Positions 1 to 9,692 of a DNA stretch of 64,000 bases are shown piece after piece (position 1 is the stretch's first letter; each line of letters starts with the position of its first letter). The position numbers were made by a program, and so were the translations under genes. The notes under the pieces are model-generated. The model was not told where the DNA came from, searched no databases, and saw only the letters and a program-made list of their open reading frames with translations. Origin of the DNA: a bacterium (lineage in GTDB: Bacteria; Elusimicrobiota; Elusimicrobia; Elusimicrobiales; UBA9959); contig JAJYNO010000009.1 of assembly GCA_021786295.1 (NCBI GenBank), forward strand, positions 35,977 to 99,976, given 5' to 3'.

Positions 1-228
1 AGGGAGGCCTTCGGGCGGCTGGCCGGCTTCGAGGTCCGCTTCTCCGAGAAGGCCTACTGCTCCGACAACGCGGCCATGGTGGCGCTCTGCGCGCTGCGCA
101 GGCTGGAGGCGGGCCGTTTCGCCAACAGCCTCAAGGTCGCCCCGGAGCTTTCCGATCCGGGCTGGAAAGGGGCGGCGCTCCGGGGCCCGCGGGCCGGGAA
201 ACATTATAGTAACAACCGCGCGCTATAA
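1..228 (+). CDS. tsaD: tRNA N6-adenosine threonylcarbamoyltransferase TsaD, 3' end only
   Basis: Frame 1 reads REAFGRLAGFEVRFSEKAYCSDNAAMVALCAL..., matching the TsaD/Kae1 C-terminal C(T/S)DNAAM(I/V)A motif. Stop TAA at 226-228; the 5' part lies outside the window. Confidence 0.85.
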   Translation, partial: REAFGRLAGFEVRFSEKAYCSDNAAMVALCALRRLEAGRFANSLKVAPELSDPGWKGAALRGPRAGKHYSNNRAL

Positions 229-229
229 A
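198..229 (+). promoter_or_regulatory. Direct-repeat activator box plus -10 element (GAAAC-N6-GTAAC-N10-TATAAA)
   Basis: GAAAC 198-202 and GTAAC 209-213 (11-bp period), then TATAAA 224-229. The same geometry recurs at 4356, 11745, 19436 and 23723. Confidence 0.6.
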
Positions 230-236
230 TCTTAAG

Positions 237-1418
237 ATGCTCATCTGGCTGCTTTCGGACTACGACCACAGGAAACACCTGGCCTTCAAGAGCCTGCTGG
301 GCCGTTTTTCCTCCGCCTTCCCCGAGACGCGGGCCGAGTTCTCCGTGAAGAGCCGCCGCAGCATGTGGGAGAGCCTGTTCGCCCACCTGCGCGACCCCAA
401 GCGCAACCCGATGGCCGACGTGGTAGAGATCCCGCAGAACTGGACGGAGCTCTTCTCCCGGCTCGGCATGCTGTCCGAGCTGGCCTCGGAGGTCGGGCCG
501 CTGGAACAGCGCCGTTACCCGGATTTCATCCTGAAGGAACTGTGCCGGCACGACGAGTCCCGCGCCTGGTCGGCGCCGTGGTGGCTGGAGGCCCCGGCCC
601 TCTTCTACCGGCCGCAGGCGGTCAGGGGGGGCGTGGACGCCCCGGCGGAACAGCTGGCCACCTGGGAGGGCTTCAGGGCCGCCCTGGACAAGGTGCGGGC
701 GCCTTCCCGCCGCGGGAACTTCCGCGCGCTTTCCGTGCCAGGCTCCTCCGGCTCGGTCTCGGTCTCCGACGTGCTGCCGCGCATGTGGGGCAGGCGCGGC
801 GGCCTTTTTTCCGACGATTTCAACCGCGCCACTTTCAACCGCGACGAGACCATCGGCGGAGTGGAGGACTGGCTGGAGCTGGCGGTCAGCGGCAAGATAG
901 AGCTCTTCAGCGCCGACCGCTTCGAGAACGGCCCGAGGCCGGCCGAGGACTGCGCCTTCATGATCTCGTCGCGCAAGCTGCCCGGGGCCGCGCGCGCCGG
1001 CCTGAGGATGCTCCCGTACCCGGGCTATCCTTCCGGCGGCGGCCTGGCGCTGGTCTACAACCTGGCCGTCTCCTCCTCCAGCCGCGGGCACGCCGCCGCC
1101 TCGGCCTTCGTCTCCTGGGCCATGGAGCCTCGCAACGCCTCCTATTTCGCCGAGAGCTTCGGGGTGTTCCCCTGCCTGAGGACGGTTTTCGAGGACCGCC
1201 TGCGCGAGGAGCGCGAGGCGGAGGTGTACCGGAGGCTTTTTTCCGCCCCGGAGCTGATGCCCAACATCATGGTCTACCCTACCGCGGAGCTGCTGCTGGA
1301 GCGGGCGCTGTGGAACCTGTCGCTGAAGATAGCGCGCAGGGACTACGACCGCGAGGACCTGCTGAGGGAGCTGATCATGGCGCAGGGAGAGGCCGACTAT
1401 CTGCTGTCGCTGTATTGA
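237..1418 (+). CDS. Extracellular solute-binding-protein fold (family 1-like) lacking a signal peptide
   Basis: 393 aa. Segments such as 'FPETRAEFSV', 'DVVEIPQNWTELFSRLGMLSEL', 'SAPWWLEAPALFY' and 'AASAFVSWA' resemble sugar-type SBPs. No N-terminal h-region or lipobox, and no ABC permease or ATPase nearby. Confidence 0.65.
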   Translation: MLIWLLSDYDHRKHLAFKSLLGRFSSAFPETRAEFSVKSRRSMWESLFAHLRDPKRNPMADVVEIPQNWTELFSRLGMLSELASEVGPLEQRRYPDFILKELCRHDESRAWSAPWWLEAPALFYRPQAVRGGVDAPAEQLATWEGFRAALDKVRAPSRRGNFRALSVPGSSGSVSVSDVLPRMWGRRGGLFSDDFNRATFNRDETIGGVEDWLELAVSGKIELFSADRFENGPRPAEDCAFMISSRKLPGAARAGLRMLPYPGYPSGGGLALVYNLAVSSSSRGHAAASAFVSWAMEPRNASYFAESFGVFPCLRTVFEDRLREEREAEVYRRLFSAPELMPNIMVYPTAELLLERALWNLSLKIARRDYDREDLLRELIMAQGEADYLLSLY

Positions 1419-1422
1419 GACG

Positions 1423-2943
1423 ATGAAGAAGAACGGGAAGGAACTTTTCGCGCAGGCCGCCGGGGCCGTCCTCGAGGGCCGCGGGGCCTTCATGGCCGCT
1501 TCGCTGGAGGCCCTGGCCGAAAGGTTCTCGCTGGACGCCGCCTCCTATTACGAGTACGACGAGAAGACCGGGCTGCTGCGCCTGCTGCTGCGCCACGCTT
1601 CCGGGGTCTCGTTCGAGCACGAGGAGAACCTGCGCCCGCTGCCGGGGTCCGCCGCCGCCCGCGCGCTGGAGGGCCTGCAGGCGGTGTCCGCCAAGAGCCC
1701 GGCCGGCTGCTTCCTGTACTCCCCTTTCAGGCTCGACCACTGCGACCCGGCCGGAGGGCGCGGCGTGGTGCCGTGCTTCGGTCTGGTGCGCATGGAGCGC
1801 TCCCCGCGCCGCCGGCGCTTCTCCCCAGCGGAGGCGGCCAGGGCCGACGCGTACCTGCGCTCCTACCTGCGCGACTATTACAAGGCGGAGCTGCTCTCGC
1901 TGCACCGCAAATACGACAAGAACGTAGCCGCGATCACGGAGCTGACCGAGGTCTTCGCCACCGCGCTTCGCGTCAGCGACAGCTTCCGCCATATCCTCTC
2001 CGGCATCCAGACCTACTTCGGCTTCGACCGGGTGCGGCTGTACCTGATAGACGAAAAGAACCGCAAGCTGAAAGGCGAGCTCTCCGCCGACATCCGCGGC
2101 CAGGTCAAGAGCATCTCCTACGAGGAGATCCCGCTCGAGCCGGGGGCGCACCGCTTCGCCGACATCGTGCTGGGCAAGAGCTCCGGCGCGTTCATGGAGC
2201 GCTACAAGGACTGCGTGCTGTACATGCCCCTCGCCGTGCAGGGCGTGACGATAGGCCTGCTCATCGTCGACAACCTGCTCAGCCAGCAGAGGATAGAGCC
2301 GGAGGAACTGACGATGCTGAAGTCCTTCGGCGGCCAGATAGCGCTGGCCGTGGACAACTCCCGCCTGTTCGACAAGGTGGAGGAACTGTCCCTCTACGAC
2401 GAGCTGACGAAGCTGCCGCTGCGCCGTTATTTCAACCAGCGCTTCCAGGAGGAGTTCTACCGCGCGGAGCGTTTCAAGCAGCCGCTGGCCCTCGTCTGGG
2501 CGGACATAGACTATTTCAAAGAGGTCAACGACACCTACGGCCACCAGATAGGCGACAAGGTGCTGCGCGAGACCGGCCGCGTGATACTCGCCAACCTGCG
2601 CAAGATAGACTTCCCGTGCCGCTACGGCGGCGACGAGATCATCATCCTGCTGCCGCAGGCCACCGGCGAGGAGGCCAGGCGGCTGGCGGAGCGCCTCAGC
2701 CAGGAGCTCTCCGAACTGCGCATCCCGGTGCCCTTCTCCAAGGCGAAAGAGCTGCGCGTGACGCTCTCCATCGGCGTCTCCACCTTCCCCCAGGACGCCT
2801 CCTCTACGGACGCGCTGCTCGAGAAGGCGGACGACGCGCTCTACTGGGTGAAATCGCACGGCCGCGCCGGCATCGCGCTCTATTCCGACATGGCGGCGGA
2901 GAAGGAAAAGGCCGCCGGAGGAGGGGCTCATGCGCCCGTCTGA
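1423..2943 (+). CDS. GAF-domain diguanylate cyclase (GGDEI active site)
   Basis: GAF-like segments, 'YDELTKLPLRRYF', 'DIDYFKEVNDTYGHQIGDKVL', RxxD I-site (RKID), 'RYGGDEI', 'TLSIGV', 'ADDALYWVKSHGR'. Confidence 0.93.
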   Translation: MKKNGKELFAQAAGAVLEGRGAFMAASLEALAERFSLDAASYYEYDEKTGLLRLLLRHASGVSFEHEENLRPLPGSAAARALEGLQAVSAKSPAGCFLYSPFRLDHCDPAGGRGVVPCFGLVRMERSPRRRRFSPAEAARADAYLRSYLRDYYKAELLSLHRKYDKNVAAITELTEVFATALRVSDSFRHILSGIQTYFGFDRVRLYLIDEKNRKLKGELSADIRGQVKSISYEEIPLEPGAHRFADIVLGKSSGAFMERYKDCVLYMPLAVQGVTIGLLIVDNLLSQQRIEPEELTMLKSFGGQIALAVDNSRLFDKVEELSLYDELTKLPLRRYFNQRFQEEFYRAERFKQPLALVWADIDYFKEVNDTYGHQIGDKVLRETGRVILANLRKIDFPCRYGGDEIIILLPQATGEEARRLAERLSQELSELRIPVPFSKAKELRVTLSIGVSTFPQDASSTDALLEKADDALYWVKSHGRAGIALYSDMAAEKEKAAGGGAHAPV

Positions 2944-4345
2944 GGCCGGCGCCGCCGGGCCGCGCCGCGCGCGGCTCCCGGAAGGCCGGGCTCTCCTGCT
3001 GGGGGCGCTGCTGCTGGCCGCGCTGCCCGGCGTCTCGCTGGCGGTGTTCGAGGACCTTCCCGCCGGGGCCAGGCAGCTGGGGCTGGGGGGGCAGTCGGCC
3101 GCGCTGGAGGACGCTCTTTCCTTCTACGCCAACCCGGCCCTGCCGGGCTCCCGGCGCAAGTTCGAGACCGGCGGCCAGTTCCTCTCCTCCGACAGGACCA
3201 CGCAGGGGCCGGAGTCGGTCACGGCCTACGGGGCCTGGGCGGTAGTGCCGCGCATGGCCTACGGCAGGCTGGGCACCCTCACGCTGGGCTGGCTCGAGGA
3301 CGAGTACGGCGGCAGCCTGAAGCAGAAGACGCTCTCCCTGGGCTGGGGCACCTGGAACCTGATACGCGGCGATTCCGGGATGCTTGACTTCGGCGCCAAC
3401 TTCAAGGTGCTCAGCGCCTCCGACGGGCAGGACTCGGCCTCCGGCGCGGCGCTGGACCTCGGCGCGGCCTTCCGTCCCGACGGCAACCATACGCTCGGCT
3501 TCTCGATACTGAACGTCAACGCCCCGGCTTTCAACGTGGGCTCCCGCAAGGACCACGCCCCGCGCGTGGCGCGGCTGGCCGTCTCGGAGCGGCGGGAGGA
3601 CTATACGATCTCGCTGGACCTGGCGGCCCGCTCCGCCTCGGACGGCTACGGGGGCAACGTCAGTTTCGACCCGGGCGTGGAGCACGTCTGGCGTACCGAG
3701 CGCTCCGGGGCGTTCTATTCCCGGGCCGGCCTCAACCTGGCCGAGCGCGCCTCGGCGCTGAGCGCCGGCATCGGCTGGAAGCACGGCCCCTCCGAGCTCT
3801 CGTACGGCGTCGCGGTGCCGCTGACCGCGCCCGTCTCGGCGGCGCATTCGCTTACGCTTTCGCTGCGCTTCGGGGACCGCGACCTGGAGGACGACTACGA
3901 ACGCCTGATAAAGCGGGAGATAAAGTACCGCGAGGACCTGGTGGAGGCCCTGGACGAGTCCACGAAACGGGAGGGGATGCTGCGCGACGAGCTGGCCTCG
4001 ATGAAGGCGGAGATAGATTCCCTCAGCGCGCAGCTGCGCGGGGAGCAGGCGCAGAAGGCCAGCGTTACCAGCGAGAAGGAGCGCCTGGCCGCGATAGTGC
4101 GCAAGCAGCAGGCCGCCGAGGCCGAGCTCCAGGCGCTGGCCGCCAAGCGCAGGGCGGACAAGCTGAACCAGCTGCGCTACGGTTTCAGCCTGGACTGGGA
4201 GGCCTACCTCAAGCTGAAAGGGGGGGGCGCGCCGCCCGACGTGCTGAAGGCCTCGCTGCAGCGCATGATAAGCCAGTACCAGGATTCCGGGATCGACATC
4301 AGCCGGGCGACCGTGGAGCTGCAGGGGCTGCTGTCCGGCAAATAG
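2930..4345 (+). CDS. PorV/PorQ (UPF0164)-like outer-membrane beta-barrel with C-terminal coiled coil
   Basis: Signal peptide, family motif 'GARQLGLGGQSAALEDALSFYANPA', amphipathic beta strands ending 'LTLSLRFG', then ~150 aa of charged heptad helix. Confidence 0.7.
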   Translation: MRPSEAGAAGPRRARLPEGRALLLGALLLAALPGVSLAVFEDLPAGARQLGLGGQSAALEDALSFYANPALPGSRRKFETGGQFLSSDRTTQGPESVTAYGAWAVVPRMAYGRLGTLTLGWLEDEYGGSLKQKTLSLGWGTWNLIRGDSGMLDFGANFKVLSASDGQDSASGAALDLGAAFRPDGNHTLGFSILNVNAPAFNVGSRKDHAPRVARLAVSERREDYTISLDLAARSASDGYGGNVSFDPGVEHVWRTERSGAFYSRAGLNLAERASALSAGIGWKHGPSELSYGVAVPLTAPVSAAHSLTLSLRFGDRDLEDDYERLIKREIKYREDLVEALDESTKREGMLRDELASMKAEIDSLSAQLRGEQAQKASVTSEKERLAAIVRKQQAAEAELQALAAKRRADKLNQLRYGFSLDWEAYLKLKGGGAPPDVLKASLQRMISQYQDSGIDISRATVELQGLLSGK

Positions 4346-4355
4346 CCCGGCCCGT

Positions 4356-4409
4356 GTAACATTTTTTTAACAATTGTTTCACCGGCGGTTAATACCGCGC
4401 TGGTAAACT
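4356..4409 (+). promoter_or_regulatory. Four 11-bp-periodic half-sites plus -10 (TAAACT)
   Basis: GTAAC 4356, TTAAC 4367, TTCAC 4378, TTAAT 4389, then 10 nt and TAAACT 4404-4409, in an AT-rich intergenic gap. Confidence 0.65.
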
Positions 4410-4468
4410 TTGTTGACCGGGGCGGCCGGGGAACCGGCCTTTCCGGGCGGCGCCGGCGCTGGATACTT

Positions 4469-6211
4469 ATGGAAAGCAAGGATATAGACAGGCACATAAG
4501 CGAGCTGTGGAAGCGGGTGGCGGGCGGGGACTACGCCCCGGAGCCTCCCGCCGCGCTGCCCCCCGACGTGCGCCAGTCCAACATGGAGACCATGCGCCTG
4601 CTGCGCGACAATTTCTCGAAGGCCGAAGAAGAGTGGAAGGCGCTGCTGGCGGCGAAGGATTCCCAGCTGCGCGACCTCGCCGCCCAGCTGGAGGAGACCA
4701 GGGCCCACCTTTCCGAACTGAAGCAGCATTACCAGGAGGCCCGCGAGCGGGCGCTCGGCGAGGAGATGTCCGTCGCCGTCAACCTGGAGGAGTCCAGGAA
4801 GGTGCTGGAGGCGCAGAAGAAGAACCACGCGCGCGAGATCTCCCTGCTCAAGGAACTGCTGGAGCGCACGAAGACGGAGATCCTGGGCCTGCAGGAGCGC
4901 GTGGAGTCGCTGCGCTCCGAGCGCGACGCGCTGCGCGGCAGGGGCGTCTCGCTCTCCTCCGAGAGGGACGACCTGGCCGACGCGAAGGCCGGCCTCGAGG
5001 CCAAGCTGGCGGATTCCAAGGAGGCCGTGGAGAAGACCCTGGCCGAGCTGCTGGCCGAGCGCAAGAACAGGCGCGACGACCAGGCCAGGATGAAGGAGAT
5101 GGAGGCGAGGATAAAGGAGCTCACCGGGAACCTGGCCGCGGCCAAGGCCGACTGGGGCGCCGAGAGGACGCAGTGGCGCGAGATGTGGGACAGGGAGCGC
5201 TCCGTCTGGGAGACGCACCGCCAGGAGTTCGCCGTCTGGGAGGAGCGCCTGCGCTCCGAGCGCGAGGCCTGGACCCAGAAGATGCGCGAACAGGAGGCCG
5301 CCGGCGTCGAGAGCGCGGCCGGCCTGGCCAAGGTCCTGAAGGAGAGCAGCCAGTGGTCCGAGAAGGTGACCCAGGTGCTCAAGCTCTACGCGCTCAAGGG
5401 CGTGGAGCTGCCCAGCGTCTTCGTCTCGCCCTCCCCGGACGCCGCTTTCGTGCGCGCCCGCAGGAACGTTTCCCGCGCGCTGGCCATGGCGCTGGCCGGC
5501 CTGCTGCTGATGTCCGTGGCGGCCTGGCGGGCCTACGTCTGGCGCTCCGAGGCCCATTACAAGCTGCTGTCCTCCTCCCCGCTGGACCTGACCAGCCCCT
5601 CCGGCCTGGCCGTCGACAAGGACGGCCTCTGGCTGGCCGACTGGAACAAGGGCCTCTCGCTCATGGACCCCCGCGACCTTTCCACGCTGCGCGTGCTGCC
5701 GCCGCCGGCCGGGACGCCGATGCGCCCCGGCGCGCTCACCGATACCGGCTCCGGGCTGTGGACGCTGGACATGGCCCAGCTGCGCTACGCGAGGCAGAGC
5801 TACAGGGACGGCTCCATAACGGAGTCGGTCAAGACGCCGGGCCCCGCGCCGCAGGGCGCTGCCTGGGACGGCTACAGTCTGTGGGCCTTCGACGCTTCCT
5901 CCGGGCTGCTGTACAAATACGCGCTGGACCCTTCCGCCGGGGCTTCGGCCACCTACAGGCTGGAAGGGGTGAAGAGCGTGGCCTGCATGCAGTGGGTGGA
6001 CGGCCAGCTCTGGGTTCTGGACAGCTCCAACGTGCTGCGCCGCTACGCGCTGAAGGACGGAGCCTTCAGGGAGCTCTCCAGCCAGGTCTTCGGCAGGGAG
6101 AAGGCGGCCGCTTTCTGGGCCGACGACGGCACGCTCTGGAGCGTGGAAAAGAGCGGCGACCTGACCGGGGGGTACGAGCTGAAGAAGTATTCGCTGAAAG
6201 TGTACAGGTGA
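4469..6211 (+). CDS. Membrane protein: long cytoplasmic coiled coil, one TM helix, C-terminal beta-propeller-like domain
   Basis: ~300 aa E/K/R-rich coiled coil, TM 'ALAMALAGLLLMSVAAW', and repeated 'P.G.a.dg..LW..D' blades (NHL/glutaminyl-cyclase-like). Confidence 0.75.
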   Translation: MESKDIDRHISELWKRVAGGDYAPEPPAALPPDVRQSNMETMRLLRDNFSKAEEEWKALLAAKDSQLRDLAAQLEETRAHLSELKQHYQEARERALGEEMSVAVNLEESRKVLEAQKKNHAREISLLKELLERTKTEILGLQERVESLRSERDALRGRGVSLSSERDDLADAKAGLEAKLADSKEAVEKTLAELLAERKNRRDDQARMKEMEARIKELTGNLAAAKADWGAERTQWREMWDRERSVWETHRQEFAVWEERLRSEREAWTQKMREQEAAGVESAAGLAKVLKESSQWSEKVTQVLKLYALKGVELPSVFVSPSPDAAFVRARRNVSRALAMALAGLLLMSVAAWRAYVWRSEAHYKLLSSSPLDLTSPSGLAVDKDGLWLADWNKGLSLMDPRDLSTLRVLPPPAGTPMRPGALTDTGSGLWTLDMAQLRYARQSYRDGSITESVKTPGPAPQGAAWDGYSLWAFDASSGLLYKYALDPSAGASATYRLEGVKSVACMQWVDGQLWVLDSSNVLRRYALKDGAFRELSSQVFGREKAAAFWADDGTLWSVEKSGDLTGGYELKKYSLKVYR

Positions 6212-6233
6212 GGCGGGGGCCCCGGAATCTTTA

Positions 6234-6263
6234 TTGATTTCATTATGCCGAAAATGGCAGAAT
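6234..6263 (+). promoter_or_regulatory. Putative sigma70 promoter TTGATT-N18-CAGAAT (extended TG)
   Basis: AT-rich intergenic region upstream of the FlgD-repeat gene. Confidence 0.35.
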
Positions 6264-6335
6264 TGGACAGTGATTTTTTGCCGGGAGGCGGCCGCGCCGC
6301 GCTCTTCGGCCTTATTTTTGGCACAGAGAGAGATT

Positions 6336-9300
6336 ATGCTTAAAAGACCGGGGCTGGTTCTGGGGGCTATCGCGCTGCTTATGGGGCTGACCGCCTCTCT
6401 TTCCGCCCAGCAACTGTACATCAGCGCCATCAAGGCCGTCTACAAAGAGGGCGGCAACGGCTACTGCAACGACGTCAACGGCGATCTTACCGCCAGTGAT
6501 TACGACGTCTCCTACGTGACGAGCGGCGGCAACCCCGGGCAGGATTCCTCGCGCATAGAGTTCGAGCGCCCCACGCCCAAGGTCAACGACATCGGCTCTG
6601 GCGGCTCCTGCCCCGGCGGCTACTGCTACCCCAACAGCTGCCTCGCCCTCTGCGCCCAGCTGGTCTGCGTCAGCACCGACGGCTATTTCGGCATAGACCA
6701 GCTTACATTCGAGATCTTCAAGTTCGGCGCCGGCTCCAACCCGCTGGACCCGGCCTCCACCCCGCCCATACGCACCATCTCGATGTACAACATCGGCATG
6801 TGCAACAGCGATAATAACGCGCAGTACTATGTGAATCCGGGCGGAACGAGCGACCCCACCTATTACTACTGCACCCCGTGGGACGGCTATTACAACCTCA
6901 ACGGCATATTCGGCAAGACCAACGGGCAGTTCGGCTTCAGGGCCACGGTCAAGACCAACCAGGTCAGCCAGACCGCGGGCAACATCTCCATAGAGCAGAC
7001 CGCGGCCTTCCCGGGGCAGAGCCAGTTCCCGATACAGGTGGACGTGACCGACATTCACGCCGTGCGCTCGAGCCCGACGGTGGTCGGCAAGATAACGGGC
7101 GTGGCGGCTCAGCCATACAACATCTTGTACCGGCTTTCCAAGGATTCCATAGTCAACATGAACGTCTACGACGCCAACACCCCCGGGAAGCTGCCCGAGG
7201 TGCGGCATCTGCTGGTAAACGCCCCGCGCGTTGGAGAGGGCATACCGGACGGCACGCTCACCAACGGCGACTTCTGGGACGGCCGCGACGACAGCGGCAA
7301 CTTCGTGCCGGCAGGCAATTATATAACGCAGATAGACGCCAAAACCAACGGCATGTGGACCGGTACCACCGCCACCGAGGACCTGGCCTGGCCGGCCACG
7401 GTGCAGATGTCGCTGGACCCGCTGCAGGTGACCGACGTGGCCGTCAAGCCGCTGGGCGCCTCCTCCACCGACATGGCGGTCATCAGCTACATGCTTACCG
7501 AGGACGCCACCGTCTACGTGGACATCTACCCTCCTGGCACGACTTTCGACAACGTTAACGGCTATCCTCCGACGGTGGGCGGCAAGGTCTGCACCGGCGC
7601 CCCCGGAGACGCGTGCCTTAGACATTTTGTCGACCAGAAGACCCGGCGCGCCACCGCCACCACCCTCTGGGACGGCCGCGACAGCGCCGGCAGCCCGGTG
7701 TGCGACGGCAACTACGTCTACGCCATCTACGCCGAGATGCCCAGCAGCCACATAGACCCGAACACTAATCTGCCCATAGGCAACGTTACCACGAGCAAGA
7801 CGCAGATAGGCACGGTGCCGGTGGCCAGGGGCAGCGTGGTCGCGCTGATGATGCCCTCCTCCACGGTGCTGGACTCCACGCCGACGGTGGCGGGCCTGGA
7901 CCCGTTCTATTTCAGGTACACCCCGGCGCGCGACGCGCAGGTCAGCCTCAACATACTGGACATGGACGGAACGACCGTGGTGCGCCATCTGGTGCAGAAC
8001 GAGGAGCGTTTCGCCAATTTCTCCAACAAGGAACAGTGGGACGGCAAGGACGACAACGGCCTGTACGTCTCCAGCGGCTCCTACCTGGCGGAGCTCGTGA
8101 CCACGGACCCGTTCCAGTGCTCTCAACAGAAGGTCTCCACCGTCACGGCGGTGATCCCGGTGGACATGTGGCGCACGGTGAACGTGCAGAGCACGCCGCT
8201 GCTGGGCGGCACCTCCGACATGGCCACCGTGGGCTTCGAGCTGTCGCAGCCGATGTACATCAAGCTCAACGTCTATCCTCCCACCACCGTCATAAACCCG
8301 TCGGTATGGCCGCCCGTAGTGGGCGCCACGCCCGTGTACTCGGTGGAGGGCATGCGGCCGGGCCGCTTCAGGATCACCGAGTACTGGGACGGCCGCGACA
8401 CCGCCGGGAACATGGTGGAGGACGGCCGCTACCCGTTCACGCTGGTGACCTACAGTACCGGCGCGGCGCAGACGATGTATTCGACTGACCGGACGTACGG
8501 CTACGTGGACGTGACCAGGGGTAAGATCGTCTTCACCGACTTCGAGGTTATCCCGACGATTCCGCAGATGTACAACTCCTCCGACACCGTCAAGTTGCCT
8601 CCCTACGAGATAGATTATTCGCTGTCCAGGCAGTCCAGGGTAAAGATAGACATACTGGACGCCAACGGCGGCTCGACCAACGGGCAGACGGTGGCCACGG
8701 TTGTCACCGAGGCCAACGGGGTGCGCGACGGGGGGCTGCTGTACAAGGACTTCTGGGACGGCCATTATTCCACGGTGGACGGCAACGGCAACATCATAGA
8801 CGGGGACTTCGTGCCGCAGGGGTCTTACAACGTGCGGATAACGGCCAAGGACATAGACATAGACCCGAACCTGGTCTCGATGGCGACGGTGCAGATGACG
8901 ATAGACGTGGACCCGCTCAGGATCTACGACGTGTCGATAGTGCCGCTGACGCTGGACAATTCGGCGGTGGTCTCCTACCAGGTCTCCGAGCCCATGAAGG
9001 TGGTGGTGAAGGTCTACAAGCCCGGGGCCTCGGTGCCGCCGGGAGACCAGGACCCGCCGTCGGGCCTGGTGAAGCGCATCATCGGCGTCAGGCCGGCGCG
9101 CACGCAGATCTCCGAGTACTGGGACGGCACCGATCTGACTCTCTCCAAGGTGCCCGACGGGAACTACGGCTTCAAGATCTACGCTTCCACGGTCACTACC
9201 GCCATAAGCTCGATAGACGGCAGCGCCACGTCCGCGGCGCTGCTGGCGCCGGACGTCATAGTCTCCAACATCCCCGTGACCAGGGGCGGGACGGCGGACC

Positions 9301-9662
9301 TGTGCGGGGATTTCACCAGTCAGACCTTCTTCGCGCCCAATCCCTACACCGGCACCTCGGGCTGGTTCCATATCCCGATAGAGATGAACGGCTTCGTTAC
9401 GCTGCGGATCTACAACATAGCCGGGGACCTGGTGTACAAGAAGGACTACGGCAGCCTCGGCAGCCCGCTCGGCGGGAACAGCGTGATAGACGGGAACGGG
9501 CTGTGCGTCACGTCGCACAACCCGGACAACGGCTGCTGGCCCAGGGTGAACACGTACGGCAGGACCGTGGCGCCGGGGGTGTACTTCGCCGTTCTCAGGT
9601 ACCAGGCCACGGAGGGGACGCGGGACGTCTGCCAGGTGGTGAAGAAGATCCTGGTGCCGTAG
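6336..9662 (+). CDS. Secreted multi-FlgD-Ig-domain protein with T9SS-type-A-like C-terminal domain
   Basis: Likely start ATG 6336 (MLKRPGLVLGAIALLMGLTASLSA signal peptide). Cys-rich N-domain, seven WDG motifs ('WDGRD..G..V..G.Y'), and C-terminal 'FAPNPY...IYNIAGDLV...VAPGVYF...VKKILVP'. Confidence 0.8.
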   Translation: MLKRPGLVLGAIALLMGLTASLSAQQLYISAIKAVYKEGGNGYCNDVNGDLTASDYDVSYVTSGGNPGQDSSRIEFERPTPKVNDIGSGGSCPGGYCYPNSCLALCAQLVCVSTDGYFGIDQLTFEIFKFGAGSNPLDPASTPPIRTISMYNIGMCNSDNNAQYYVNPGGTSDPTYYYCTPWDGYYNLNGIFGKTNGQFGFRATVKTNQVSQTAGNISIEQTAAFPGQSQFPIQVDVTDIHAVRSSPTVVGKITGVAAQPYNILYRLSKDSIVNMNVYDANTPGKLPEVRHLLVNAPRVGEGIPDGTLTNGDFWDGRDDSGNFVPAGNYITQIDAKTNGMWTGTTATEDLAWPATVQMSLDPLQVTDVAVKPLGASSTDMAVISYMLTEDATVYVDIYPPGTTFDNVNGYPPTVGGKVCTGAPGDACLRHFVDQKTRRATATTLWDGRDSAGSPVCDGNYVYAIYAEMPSSHIDPNTNLPIGNVTTSKTQIGTVPVARGSVVALMMPSSTVLDSTPTVAGLDPFYFRYTPARDAQVSLNILDMDGTTVVRHLVQNEERFANFSNKEQWDGKDDNGLYVSSGSYLAELVTTDPFQCSQQKVSTVTAVIPVDMWRTVNVQSTPLLGGTSDMATVGFELSQPMYIKLNVYPPTTVINPSVWPPVVGATPVYSVEGMRPGRFRITEYWDGRDTAGNMVEDGRYPFTLVTYSTGAAQTMYSTDRTYGYVDVTRGKIVFTDFEVIPTIPQMYNSSDTVKLPPYEIDYSLSRQSRVKIDILDANGGSTNGQTVATVVTEANGVRDGGLLYKDFWDGHYSTVDGNGNIIDGDFVPQGSYNVRITAKDIDIDPNLVSMATVQMTIDVDPLRIYDVSIVPLTLDNSAVVSYQVSEPMKVVVKVYKPGASVPPGDQDPPSGLVKRIIGVRPARTQISEYWDGTDLTLSKVPDGNYGFKIYASTVTTAISSIDGSATSAALLAPDVIVSNIPVTRGGTADLCGDFTSQTFFAPNPYTGTSGWFHIPIEMNGFVTLRIYNIAGDLVYKKDYGSLGSPLGGNSVIDGNGLCVTSHNPDNGCWPRVNTYGRTVAPGVYFAVLRYQATEGTRDVCQVVKKILVP

Positions 9663-9692
9663 GGACGGCCGGGCCTAACCGAGGATAAGGGT

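Noticed and set aside
1423-2943. GGDEF protein as a Hypr c-AMP-GMP synthase
   Set aside because: It retains Asp in 'GHQIGDKVL', where Hypr enzymes have Ser/Thr.
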